Positions 12,301 to 24,100 of a stretch of DNA of 64,000 nucleotides are shown piece by piece. The translations under genes were made by a program, and so were the position numbers. The notes beneath the pieces were generated by a model. The model had not been told where the DNA came from. It made no database searches and saw nothing but the letters and a program-made list of their open reading frames with translations. Origin of the DNA: Amoebophrya sp. A120 (taxonomy: Eukaryota > Protista > Dinoflagellata); assembly GCA_905178155.1 (NCBI GenBank), contig CAJINV010000004.1:94969-158968 (forward strand). The letters are read 5' to 3'. Numbering within the stretch: position 1 is the first letter of the stretch; the number at the start of each line of letters is the position of its first letter.

Positions 12301-15300
12301 AGAAGATTTTGAAGGAATATGAAACTGTGGCTCACCGCGCTTCCCGCGATGGTGAAGAAACCGACATGCTGAATGATCCATGGTGCGGCGACCCTTCTAG
12401 CGCGGTAGAGATGGTGGACAAGCTAGAGGTACTAGAAGATCAACATGGGAGGAGGTGGAACAAAAGCAATGACTTTCATATGCTGAAGAACCATCAGCAC
12501 GGACCGTGCGGAAGATTCCTCTTCCCTGGGGGTGAAGGAGAAGTGTCTGCCTCTCCGACAGAACAAGCCCCAAGACTCTCGGAACTGGTCCTCGTGCACG
12601 ACCCGGTGGCTGCAGCTCCGAGGACTCGTGAAGATTTCGAGACCCTAGTCACCACCACGAAAGCAGCACCTTCCGACGCCGTGGTCGCATCAGCGTCGTC
12701 AAGGAGTAGTAAACTTCGTATCGTTTCGGAGATTGAAAGAGAACGAACGGAAATTGACCTGCATATCCAGGAAAAAACACCCATACCCATCCAATTTGTC
12801 ATGCACAGCATGCATAAAGAAAGTCCACTATTTGTCATGCAAAAAATGGATGGGGATGGTTGTTTTTTCCTGGATACTGCAGCTGGAAATGTTACAGCAA
12901 CAGCGCCGGATGAAGAAACAGCAAGGCCGTAGTTGTTCGAAGACGGGACCACGAGGAGCAGTAGAACTACATGGAGCAGAGGACCAAAAAGGCTGCGCCG
13001 TCGATGCTGGTGCGACCGAGCCCGAACAAGAAGCTGCGGAACCATGGGCTCCTGCACCTGGTGCAGCTTGTTCACGACCTTGCACGGGGAATTTTCATTC
13101 GCCAGGACCACGACTCCGACTGCTGGATCAACAGCAAAGAGAGGCGATCATGGGGGACCAGCGTGGATTTGACCCGGAGCTGCTGCGCGAGGAAAACAGG
13201 AACGACGAAGCCGGCGCCGGTGGCGAGGCAGCAGGGAGGGCAGGGACTACTTTTTGTTCATCTTTGCGCAGAACTACAAGCGGTGGGAACAAGCAGAAGA
13301 TGCGGGCGGACCAGGAAGTGGTAGCCGAAGGAGAAGTGGTGCAGCAAGTCCGTGGAGGTGAAGATGGAAATAACACGGACTCGTGCAATTATACCAAAAG
13401 TTGGGACAAAGGTAAAGCAAATGAGATGTTGACCACCAGGAGCAGCAGGTTGCAGCCAGCTCCTGCACTTGAAGTAGGAGCTGCACAACGAGAGGAGCTC
13501 GACGCCTCGCGCACCTCCGCGGATATTCATTGCAAAAGTATATTCGCACCCGTCGTAATTATTGCGGTCATGCGTGAGAACAAGAAGTCTCATTTTCTAT
13601 CTGTTCTAGCATGAAGCATACAGATTTGCTCCGTTTTGCATCTTCCTGAGAAAATTTGTAGATCATGCGATTTCCATTTCGATTTCTGCTACCACGATTA
13701 TACTTTTACGATGCATAGCGGAGATCCTGCGGCAACTGGTGTTCGACGTCGTTCCGGAAGTAGATGCAAATAAAGGCGACGCAGGTGCGGCTGGACGAGA
13801 TGTTGACCACGAGCAACATCCTTCCACTCATGCCTTGGATGAGGACGTCGACTTCTTACCACATCCCCCGAGGACGTCTTCCACCAGCACAAGCACCGCG
13901 TTCGCCGCGCGACACGAAGATTGGCTGGCACGGGCTGAGGGGCGAGGCGGAACATCAAATAAACACTCTGGAGCTGCTGGCCGCGGGGAAGACGAGGAGG
14001 GAGAACGTAGTACGGAAGTAGAACAACGCGTCGTGGCACGACGAGGCGAACGGGTGGAGCAGGTCGGTGACAGCGAGCAGGTAATGATCTTAAACAGACG
14101 CTCAAGTGGAACAGATGTGGAACAAGCACAACGTGAAGATGATCCGTATCACCTGCATTCGCAACAACTTTGTCCTGCCTCGTCAGAGGACTCACGGCCA
14201 GGGTCGGATGAAACCAATCTTCGCTCCTCCAACACTAGGATTTTGGCGGCAGAGGAGCCGCGAGCGGTGGACGATCTCTTCAGTTTCAACTTCGAACGTT
14301 ATTGAATGTGAAAAATACGTGATAGATGTACTTTTGTGAATGGACGGCGGCTGCACATCACATCTAGCTTCGCACGTTGACAACGATGAAGATGGCATGT
14401 TGCGCATGGAGGATGCCTCAACTTCAGCCTTCTGCTTCTCGGGGACCTTCTGGCGTCTGTATGACTTCCCTTGTAGATCACATAGTCGTGTTGGGAAAAG
14501 CAGGCGTGTCAACATACAACTACATTTTTCGTAGTTAACATTTTTCAGTATACGTATGCGATGTGCATGAGCGTCAGCGTCTATCTGGAATTCACAAATT
14601 TTTGCACTGCATATGGTTGATGTTCTTCAAGATGATAACTTTCTGTCAGCGCGACACGGGAACAACCACGACACGACCCGTCGAGGAGCGGCGGCTTCCA
14701 CATTGATTAGCAATACCGAGGGTCCTCGTGGTCGTCCTCTTTCCGCCGCGGCGCCCCGGGCTTCTGGGACGAGGACAGCGAGTAGTCGATTGCGGCAACC
14801 GCGGACCATCATGTCCCTGCTGCAGGGGAACAACACCAGCTGGGACGGAGCTTCCCGCGGCCCGGGCAGCTCAACAACAGGTACAACAATCCCAAGAGCT
14901 GCTGCATCTTCAGCATCTTCGTCGTCGCGGACGGACGCTCTGTTGCAGCAGCTGAATTCCAACGGCAACCTGGAGGAGGCACGCCCGGCAACCGCACCAC
15001 AGCAGCTGCAACGCCATGGAGTATCAAAATGAAAAATCCCCCCTCCCCATACCGAAAAGATTTAATATTTTTGGAAATTTATGATGCTGATTTGTGGTCA
15101 CAAATCGTGTCTGTCTTGCGAGAAGGCAACTCCGCAGGTTCCGCCGCATTGTGCAGGCGGTTTGTCATGCTGTGGGGCATACAGTGCTGACGTTTTTCGT
15201 GCTAAGTGCCTAGGCCAAAACCTCTCTACTCGTCACACTTGGCATGGGGCTGCAGTGCTCTCCAGCAAGACAGCGCGGCTCTGTGTACACAAGGCCAGCA

Positions 15301-16477
15301 TCGGAAGTCTCGTTTTTATATGGGGAGAGGGGATTTCTCCTCTCAATATGGAGCGCCAGGTGGTCTCGGTCGTTTCCCCGCGGCGACCAGCAGCACCAGC
15401 GGCGCGACGAGCGTTTTGACGTCGACGCTCCGCTATCAAGTGCAAAAATGTCTGGGTCTGGAAGATTTTTGCTACGTTTGTCATGCATATTTTTCATAGC
15501 CCATGAGGCCTGTAATGCACGACCTAGCATCACAGATTTTTCAAGGGCCTTCTGATGCGTATTCCGCATGAGAAACGCCCACTCCGCGTAGCACCAACTG
15601 CACTCCTCTTGCTGGTCATGCAGTAGAGTTTTTTTTTACCTTCCACGTAAAGCATGTAAATTATCACCTCCGGTTGGTAGAGCAATCGGCTACCGAGGCA
15701 CGACAGGGGGCGTCGCTACTTCACTTCAATTCGAATTCAATTCAATTCCAAATAAGACAGCATCACACATACCCAGACACTTTTGCATTTGATATCCGCA
15801 AGCTGCAGTCCTGGACCAAGGCGCGCGTGCTGTACACCACGTATCAAATGCAGAAGTGTCTGGGTCTGGAAGATTGCAACTTGTCATGGTAAATCTGAAG
15901 CGTGCCAAAATCTGTGTTGCGTGAGTGCCAAAAGCTGTCCACTTTTGACCATCAAGTTGGAACGCAGTTTCTCATGCAGAATAGGCATGGCAGAGACCTC
16001 GCAGAGTCTGTCATGCTAAGTCCCGCATTCCAGACCTCATAAAATCTGCATGACAAGTCTACACTCTTCCAGACCCAGACACTTTTGCACTTGATACCAC
16101 GCAAGAATGCACCATCTGCCTGGAGCCCATGTGCAGGGGCGATCGGGTGACTACCTTGCCCTGCGGTAACGGAAAGCACGCCTTCCACGCGGAGTGCATC
16201 CAGGACTGGGTGCTGCAAAAGATGAAGTGCAGTGAAGGTCGCGAGGGTGGACGTGTATGAACTGCAAAAGTATCGTACTCGTATAAATGCATTACAAATT
16301 TCCTCAGCATGAGAAATAAAATTTGTAATGCGGATTTGCCTTAAGAAAAAAGTTTGCATGATTACAATACGAATGCGATACTTTTGCCCAGGATAACGTG
16401 GAGGGGGGCACCATGATCACGGGACATCAAATCCATCGTCGTTGCCGTTCTGCCCGCTCTGCAAAGAACGCATTTGA
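6343..16477 (+). CDS. Multi-exon gene for a large low-complexity protein with a C-terminal RING-H2 finger (putative E3 ubiquitin ligase); 5' end uncertain
   Basis: Manual splicing gives ...YTTQECTICLEPMCRGDRVTTLPCGNGKHAFHAECIQDWVLQK...SLPFCPLCKERI* (TGA 16475-16477); the frame is also restored across elements at 6961, 10081, 11705, 12764, 13524 and 15022; linkage across about 10.8-11.3 kb not resolved. Confidence 0.75.
6961..7122. mobile_element. Introner-like element, family G
   Basis: tatcaagcaaaaaagtgttaacgttaacgg...ccgttaacgttaacaatttttcttgtgata; DR tagat/tagat; splice gives GLD|DESTDG. Confidence 0.9.
8364..8598. mobile_element. TIR element family D, copy 1 (right end of the composite)
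   Basis: tatggcgttctcaactgttacattctcaactgttacatga...tcatgtaacagttgagaatgtaacgtttgagaacgccata; flanks cgaaa/atatc do not match. Confidence 0.85.
9801..10035. mobile_element. TIR element family D, copy 2
   Basis: Same sequence as 8364-8598 at offset 1437. Confidence 0.85.
10081..10391. mobile_element. Introner-like element, family C
   Basis: tatcaaaacgaaaaatccccctccccata...tatggggagggggattttttccgtttgata; DR gaaaa/gaaaa. Confidence 0.92.
11705..11898. mobile_element. Aged family B-like element
   Basis: tatcttctgcaaaagt...acttttgcaatgcata; DR agatc/agatg; splice gives LSLAE(I/M)ADDWDAKRE. Confidence 0.75.
12764..12876. mobile_element. Introner-like element, family F (113 bp)
   Basis: tatccaggaaaaaac...gttttttcctggata; DR ctgca/ctgca; joins EIDL|QLEMLQQQ. 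Confidence 0.92.
13524..13717. mobile_element. Introner-like element, short TIR (B-like)
   Basis: tattcattgcaaaagtata...tatacttttacgatgcata; DR gcgga/gcgga; joins SA|EILRQLVFDVV. Confidence 0.85.
14300..14613. mobile_element. Decayed TAT...ATA element
   Basis: tattgaatgtgaaaaat...atttttgcactgcata between two long ORFs; DR lost. Confidence 0.45.
15022..15348. mobile_element. Introner-like element, family C
   Basis: tatcaaaatgaaaaatccccctcccc...ggggagaggggatttctcctctcaata; DR tggag/tggag. Confidence 0.9.
15434..15794. mobile_element. Introner-like element, family A
   Basis: tatcaagtgcaaaaatgtctgggt...acccagacacttttgcatttgata; DR tccgc/tccgc. Confidence 0.93.
15842..16096. mobile_element. Introner-like element, family A
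   Basis: tatcaaatgcagaagtgtctgggtctggaag...cttccagacccagacacttttgcacttgata; DR ccacg/ccacg. Confidence 0.93.
16256..16395. mobile_element. Introner-like element, family B (140 bp), inside the RING finger
   Basis: tatgaactgcaaaagtatcgtactcgta...tacgaatgcgatacttttgcccaggata; DR acgtg/acgtg; removal brings CPLC into frame. Confidence 0.93.
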
Positions 16478-16695
16478 TGAAGAGACAGAAAAACAGAAAC
16501 GGAAACCAAGATTTTCATTGAGCCATGATCAAATTGGTAAGCAAGGAAGAGGGAGAGGCAACAGCAATAAAGATAGGAAAGCAAATTTTTCATCATGCTA
16601 GCTACTCATGGAATTTAGGAATGAAAATGATGCGGTTTGTCTAAGACCATTACCACCATGCTTCTCGTGTTCGCCGGGTCCTTTCTTTCTGTGCT

Positions 16696-18180
16696 ACTAT
16701 CGTTAGTAGTACTTTGTTAGTTTATTGTCATCATGATGTTAGAAGCTGCCAGAAACAGTAAAACTGCCCACAAGTGCCGGCAGGGCCGTTACGCATTGAA
16801 GACGTGCCGTGACGTTTCTTGTATTTTTTGAAATACCGCTTTGATAGTTCAGGTCGGCTGCTGAAGTAACATTGTTTATGCCGAAACTTCTGTGAAACGT
16901 CTCGCCTTGTTCCCATGCGAAATCTAAATCGCACGTCCGACTACGGTGTGAGAGTTTTTCCTGCTGCGCCCCTACAGTAGCTGATAAGAGCCCTTAGACA
17001 CCATGAAACAAGGAGCCAAACTGTAGCCTCATCGCTTTTCAAAGCTTCTCCAGCAACAGACAGGCAAGGTCTTCGGCCGTGTTCCGCCCTTCCAGATTTC
17101 GCCCGTGTTGGGGCTCGTACTAGAGACCCAAAGCCCTCCTGTGCGTGTCCTCTCTTCCAGGTGCTTCGGGCTATCAGCGAGGAAGCCCAGTGAAAGGCGC
17201 GCGATGGTAGTTGGGCGGGTGTTTCTTAAAGAAGGTCCCAGGAGTAGACGTCGCCCCTTCTTCAACGAGGGGGCGCGAGTGCGTCCGCCAAGGGAGGGGG
17301 AACGGGTCCACCCTTCTGTCAAGGAGGGCGGGAGCTCCTCCCATCTCCAGGGTTCTCCAGGACGGATTCATTGAGGGACCCTCCCTTTTCCAGGTAGGCA
17401 TCCCGCCTTTTTTAAGGAGGGCTTCGCTCGCCCCCGCTTCGAGAGGAAAGAAGCCCAAGATGGAGCATCTCGGCTTCTTCAAGAGGGGGCGGCTATGGTA
17501 GGGCCATCGTTGGCCTACCTGCGGGTGGGATTCATTGTTGCAGGCCTTCTTCGAGGCGGCACTGGTGCAGCCGGTCCTTCGGCACGAGGCGATTGCAGGC
17601 GGTCTTGCATCAAGACGTGACTGCAGGGGGGCACATGGCAGGCCCGCCTGCGGCTTCGCAGAAGGCGGGGGCGGTGGCTCTGTATTGCAGAGCAGGCAGC
17701 TTCCACTGCCAAACAGATGGCCTCGACTGCAGAAAAGATGGCACTGACTGCAAAAAAGATGGCACTCACTGCAAAAAAGATGGCCTCCACTGCAAAAAGA
17801 TTGCCCCCACTGCAAAAAAGATTGGCCCCCGCTGCAAAAAAGATTGGCTCCGCTACCACTGCAAAAAAGATGGGAAAGGGAGAGTATAATGTTGGGGGCG
17901 TCGGCGTGGTGGGTAGGCCGTTAGCCCCCGTTACTCTTTGGTACTAAATCCGTTAGCCGGCGTTACTCTTTCTTCAATCCGTTATCCGTTACTCTTTGAA
18001 AACAGCACTTTCCTGCAGTCCGTTCCATCTTTTCTGCAGTCGAGCAACACTTTTCTGCAGTCGCTGCCTTCAGCGTCATCTTTTTTGCAGTGCAACTGCA
18101 AAAAAGTTTAGTGCTCGACCTTTGGCACTATCGTTAGTAGTGCTTCTGTATAGTTGATTCTCATCATGATGTTAGAAGCT
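16696..18180. mobile_element. ~1.38 kb insert flanked by diverged 52/54-bp direct repeats
   Basis: actatcgttagtagt...tcatcatgatgttagaagct at 16696-16747 and 18127-18180. Confidence 0.7.
17704..17873. repeat. Minisatellite, about 8 x 21 bp (cactgcaaaaaagatggc core)
   Basis: Visible tandem units; inverted ttttctgcagt copies at about 18008-18091. Confidence 0.85.
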
Positions 18181-18199
18181 ATGCCCCTGCGAATGCCCC

Positions 18200-20036
18200 T
18201 GCAAAGATGTTGTTGAAACAGGAAGCAATGCGCCAACCCGCCGCCTCGCCTCCGCGCCGGCCCGTGCGGCCCGGCCGGCCCTCCGAACTGCGTGCGGCTT
18301 TCCTTCCCAGGGTTGGGTATGCCTGCCCCCCCCCCCCCTCCAACGGCACGCAGGATCCCCCGCCGGCGGGTTGACCCCCGCCCGGCCGCGACTTTTGTTT
18401 CTTGGCGGGAGGGTAGGAGGTTGGATTGACGGCCCACCGCAAATTTTGGGCGCCGGCCCTTCCCGGGCGCCCGCCAAGAAACAGGTCTTTGCAGGGGAAT
18501 GCCGTATCCGCGGGCGGGCCCGAGTCTGTGTTGCCCGTCTCGCCCCGCAGCGCGCCCGTGCGTGGCTGGCCAGCAGGCCGGCCCGCCTTTCTACCACCCT
18601 TGCGGCGGACTGGGTAGGCTCGCTTTGGGCCAGGGGGGCTGCATGGTGTGGAAGGGCGCAAGCATAGGTATTACCCGGGCGACCTGCGCTTGATTCGGCC
18701 GCCGCGGCCCTCGGTTCGTTGCTTGGGAAGAAAGTCTATCGGCCGGCGCGCCGCCTGCGTTGGTTCTCGTTATTTGGATTGCAAGCATGGCCAAAGCCTC
18801 ACGCGTGGGGCCGGCCGGGGCCCCGCCTGCCTCGCTTCCCTCGCTGGCATAATTGGGGCGCGCGCCAGCTTCTGTCGGCCAGCTTGGCGCGTTCCGATTT
18901 CCCGCGCTGCGCTTGCGGGGTAAGTGCTTCGGGCGGCCCACCTGGTTCCCTGGGAGGAGGGGGCGGCCGTGGTGGAACGCGTCGGGCCGACGCCGGGCAT
19001 TTGTGTGCATTGCCCGCAGTGAGCTGCGCCCGGGCATAGCCCATTGATTGGCCCGCGCCCGCAACCGGTGGGTTTGCGGTTGGCAGGTTTCGTTCTATCT
19101 GCGGCCGGCGCTCTCCGCCGGGCGTGCTGGTCGCCCGGCCCTGGCCCTGGGGATAGAAGGACGGGCGCGGAAAAAGCATGGGTGCCCAGCAGGCCCGGCC
19201 AATCAACCCCGTCGCCGGCCAGTGGAATTCCCGCTGCGCCCCCGGCAATGTCAGCCCTTCGCCGCTGGTGCGCGGGGGTTGGTAAAGCGCGCCGGGGTTT
19301 TTGTTTTGAAAAAGCCGCGAGGTTCTTGCCGCGAGCGTCAGGTCGGGCGGCCTTCTGATGGGATACTCACTCTTAGGTGGCATCGGTCGGTGGTCGCGCG
19401 CTGGTTGGCGGAGAGTTGCTACAGGGGTGGCGGCGTCCTTTTGTGCTTGCTGGCCCCCTGCTGTGCGCCGGCGTTTGCGGTGTTAGTTTTCATTGTCCGG
19501 AGGCTTGCCGGCGCGTGATCGTGACATCAAAAAGGAAAAACGCCGCGACCCCCCGCCGCAGGCGTTGCGCCGTGCGTGTGGCGCCACGCACGCTGCGCCC
19601 GCGCTGCTCCGATTTTGTTTGGAGTTTTTCCCCCCGCCGGCATTGGGGTCGCCAACAGGCGACATGCGCTGTGCGGTCCGTTCCCTTTCCCGGTAAAAGC
19701 CTCCGAAGAGCCTGGCGGAGGTTTGGCGCGGATGGTTTTCATGGTCGACATGCCGGCGCGCCTCCTCTCTTCGTCCTGCGCGCCTTTGTCGGTTTGACAA
19801 GCAACTCCGCGCCCACAATCTGGCGCCCGTCGGGCGATGTATTTGGGGTCGGATCTCGTTCTCGGTGTCTCGGACGAACAACAAGCGGCCGCCCTTTGGC
19901 GCATTGGTTTTTTAGGGTCGTTCTTGGCTAAAGCCATTGACTGCGTTGGCTAAAGCCATCCGGCGGGGGGGTTAATTTTTGCCAAATGTGCCTTCATATG
20001 CAAAGATGTTGTTGAAACAGGAAGCAATGCGCCAAC
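18200..20036. mobile_element. 1761-bp GC-rich insert flanked by exact 38-bp direct repeats
   Basis: tgcaaagatgttgttgaaacaggaagcaatgcgccaac at 18200-18237 and 19999-20036. Confidence 0.85.
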
Positions 20037-21107
20037 ACGGCAGCACGCCCAGCTGCATGTAGACACACAAGTTAGTGCGCTTTGTGTCACCAGAAGCGTA
20101 AATAAAGATAAGTAACCCTTACAACTCTTTGTCTTTCTTTCTTTCCATGCCCGGGCATGGCGTCAATTGTTCGAGGCCCTAAAACATCCTTTGTTCAGAT
20201 CACGTCTCAGATCGCTCCGGTCAGCATCAAGCTCAATTTCTAAAAAAAAAACGTATTGTTTCTTGTGCAATAACAAATTCAGATCTAATATCCTGTTTCA
20301 TGAAAAAAGTATTCTCCTATCGAAAATCAAAATCTAACTAAACTCTCCTATAAGACATTTTCAAACGATGGTGTAGCTGTCTCGTATTTTGATCTTCTGA
20401 TGAAAAGTAAACTCTTTGTCTGACTCTTAAAGATCTATTCGTATAGTTGTATTTCCTAAAAGATAATCAGAATGTATGATCCTGATGTTGAAAGTTTGCC
20501 ACCCTGTTGAGAAACTCGCTGTGTAAGTGTAAAATAGGAAGCGGGTAAGTAGCATGGACGTGGGCAAAATCGACGATGACGCGCAGCGGATTAGGCGGCA
20601 ACATGATTTTCGACTCACTGTATTAGCTTCCAAGAGGAACCAGAAGTTGCCCGCGTATTGCTGCACTTTCCTGAAGGTACTTCTCTTCCGTTCTCTGCAC
20701 TGGATTGCATTTTTGAGATCTGCTGAAAATAAAAATAGTGTAAGTATGAGTATTTTTACAGGAAACTTGGCTCCGTGAAAAAATTACAAGCCTCTTAATC
20801 GATGTTGTCATCTGATCTCTTTAATTTCATTGTGCAAACAATAATCGCCAACAGCATTTGCAGTCGCAGCCACGAGGAAGGGTGACCACCGCGAGCTTGC
20901 CCATGACGTTGGAGAGAAAAGGCCCGGCAGAACCAGGAAACACTTCCTCAGCTGCAACCAGTCGTCAGGAGCATGATTGTGATTATGAATTCAACATTTC
21001 TTTTTGTTCATCATCTTCTAGGACTTACATAACAGCAAGATGTGGGAGACTTTTTTCCGGCCTGCCACCTTGAGAAGCGCACACGCAATTCTTTTTCTTC
21101 ATCATCA

Positions 21108-24100
21108 ATGGCAAAAGCGAGGCCCGCAGAACCATCTTCACGACGTCCTCAATGCCGCCGCAGTGCTGGCTCCACTGCGAACATTCAAAGAAGAACGCCT
21201 CCGAAAGGAATGAAGTGCAGTGAAAATCGCAACACGTACCTGCGCCGCATATCGACAGGTCCCCGGTATTCATTGCAAATATGTTTATGTCAGGGTTTGG
21301 CGCATTACACAGCTTGAGATGCTGCCTTTTGGACTCCGAAAATTTGTATATGCATGCGAAGCAAGAGGAGTCCAGCTCTTGGCAAACGCTGAAGGGGCTT
21401 TTGTCATGCGGTAGGGGCACCACGACCAGCAGGAAACCCTCACGAAACCTGTGTTGCTAGGGCATGCGTCACAGACTCAGACATCATGCAAAATGTGCAT
21501 GAGAGAGACTCAGACTCATGCATCGTGGATTGATGCAGAGCGGGACCTGTTCCGGCGACAGGCGCTATGCAACCAACCAGCCAAGTTTTGCAATCTTCCA
21601 GACCCAAACATGTTTGCAAATGATACCTGTGCCGCAGTGAAACGACAGCACGACCTGCAACATCACCCCAGATCTACTAGTAAGACCCCTTCGGCTGCTA
21701 GTTCATGTGGCGCCCCGTCTCCAACAAGACTGCTTGCGCTCTCCAGCATCTTAAAAGTTGTTCTGTTTGCGCACCAACTCGTCCTTTTATTCGCGGCTAG
21801 CGCAGGGAGCGGCAGCTCCGGAGGAACAAGTCCGCCCGTGTCCAAAATTCCGAGCTTTCTGGGCAAGAAGCGGAGCAGCACTAAGCAGGGTGATGCGGAA
21901 GAAGATGGAGCTACTACTTCTATGCATTGCAAATATGTCTGGGTCTGGAATATTGCAGCTTGTCATACTAAGTCAAAGTCTGAATCATGCAAAAATCAAA
22001 ATGTGTGTTGTATGATTGCCAAAAGTTGTCCACTTTCGACCAGGTTGGGAGGGCGTTTGTCATGCAGGATAGGCATGATGTTGATAGAGAAAGAGATCTC
22101 ACAGCGCCTATCAACATCCCAGGTGCTGCATTCCAGATCTTATGGGTCATGGAAAGCCGGCATGACAGATCTTGCATTCTTCCGGACCCAGACAAATTTG
22201 CATTTGATAACTTCTTCTGGGACGATCATGGGGGGGGTCTCCGGCTCCGGCTCCTCCTCTTCCCAAACCGCCGTCTCTCCCTTCACAGACGCCGCATTGA
22301 ATGAGTACGGGCATCCGCAGGTCTCGGGAATGGACGTTGACGAGCAAGAGTTCACTTACGGCGTGGAAACCCCCAGCACCGAACCCGGGCGCCTGCAGTA
22401 CCTCCGCAGCATGATGCTGGATGACTTACCTGACCAAGAGATCGAAGAGATCACCAAGGTGTGTCAGGAAATTTTTCGCGTTCCCATGGTACTGGTCAGC
22501 ATTGTCGAATCGGAGCGGCAGTGGTTCAAATCAGCCATCGGACTCGGATGCGCCGACACCGCGCGGGAGGTTATTACAATGAAAAATGCCCCCACCCCCG
22601 AACTTGGGAGCATTTGTATTGCAAACCTTTCCAAGTGAAACAATCGCCCTCTTGCATCTATCAGCATCGCAGGTTTTCAATCGTGAACCGCAAAAATTTG
22701 TATTGCGAAAGACCCCAGCAAAAGCGGCGCTTGTCATGCAAGCGATGCGATACAAGCCTAGACTCTGCATCAGAAAGATTCATACTCCTTTCATGCATGA
22801 CAAAAAGTTTTCATTTGGAAACTTCGCATCACAAATTTTTATTTTTGTAATTTCACGGGTAGGGGGTACTTTTCACTGTAATAGAGGCGTCATTTTGCGC
22901 ACACACTTTGCTGATGGACTGTCCGGAGGTTCTCTACGTCCCGGACGCGACGCAGGACCTATCAAATGCAAAAGTGTCTGGGTCTGAATGAATGGAACTT
23001 GTAATGCTGTCTGCGGATTCAGATCCTAAAAATGTCTGTGTTGCATGAGCAGCAGCAAGAGGAGTCAGCTCTTGGCACGCGGAGAGGGCCGCATTTGTCA
23101 TGCGTATATTAGAATCAAGAAGCTCTCAGAAAATCTGTGATGCTAGCACCAGTTAGTATCACAGACTGACCTGAGTGACGGGTCATGCAAAATGTGCATG
23201 ACAAGCCCCGACTCTTCCAGACCCAGACATATTTGCAATCCATAGGACCGGCGTTTTTGCTACAACCCCCTGGTGCGTAACGACCCGAAGCTGAGGCTCT
23301 ATTGCGGTTGCCCAATCATCGTGGAGGGCGTCCGCCTGGGGGCGTTGTGCATTCTGGACACCATCCCCCGCGTGGACATGACGCGGGCGAAAGCCATGCT
23401 CCTGTGCAACTTCGCCGACATCGTTTCCGCGGCGCTCGCGCGCACGAAGAACCGCAACGAGCATTTTGACATGCTACACAATAGTTGCTTTCTACTGGAC
23501 TTAGAGCGGGAGCCCGAGCACGAAATCGAACGGAAGTTGCTAAGCGAGGAGCCGACGCTCCTGAGCCAAGATACCAACAGCGAGAAGGTCGACATAGCCG
23601 ACCTTTCCAGCGGCGCGCCTCGGTCCTCGCCGCCCTGGCAGCAGAGCAGCGAACTGCGCGAGAACCCGACTAAAGTCGAGAAGTGCAAACGCAACGAAGA
23701 CGGTGAGATGGTTTGCGTCGACGACGCCGGGAACGCCGGCGAAGGCAAGACGTTTGGTCGCATCTTGTACTCGAACCGTCTGGGAAAACAGCTGGTTGAT
23801 GCAGCCTTGAGGCCGACAAATGAAGCGGAGGGCAGCGGAGGAGCCCGGGCAGCAGGTCGGTCCCGGGCAGGCTCGGCCTCGGCGACGTTGTCGGGCGGGG
23901 AACCAATCTGTGGAGCGCCGTTCTCCCGCTGGATTCCTCCGGGGAGTGCGCAAAACACCACGCAAGACGAAGAGGTGCATCACTTCTCCGATTTGGTGCA
24001 CGTTACCGACCACCAAGCGGTCCGCGATGCAATCTTCAGCAGGGCGGCGATGCGCAGGTCGTCGGCTGCCAGCGTGGTGGTGTTTCTGGGGACGCGCCGG

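Noticed and set aside
17029-19937. Many overlapping 60-210 aa ORFs as a transposase or cargo genes
   Set aside because: They arise from stop-poor GC-rich and repeat DNA in all frames; no DDE, RT, HUH or tyrosine-recombinase motif was recognised.
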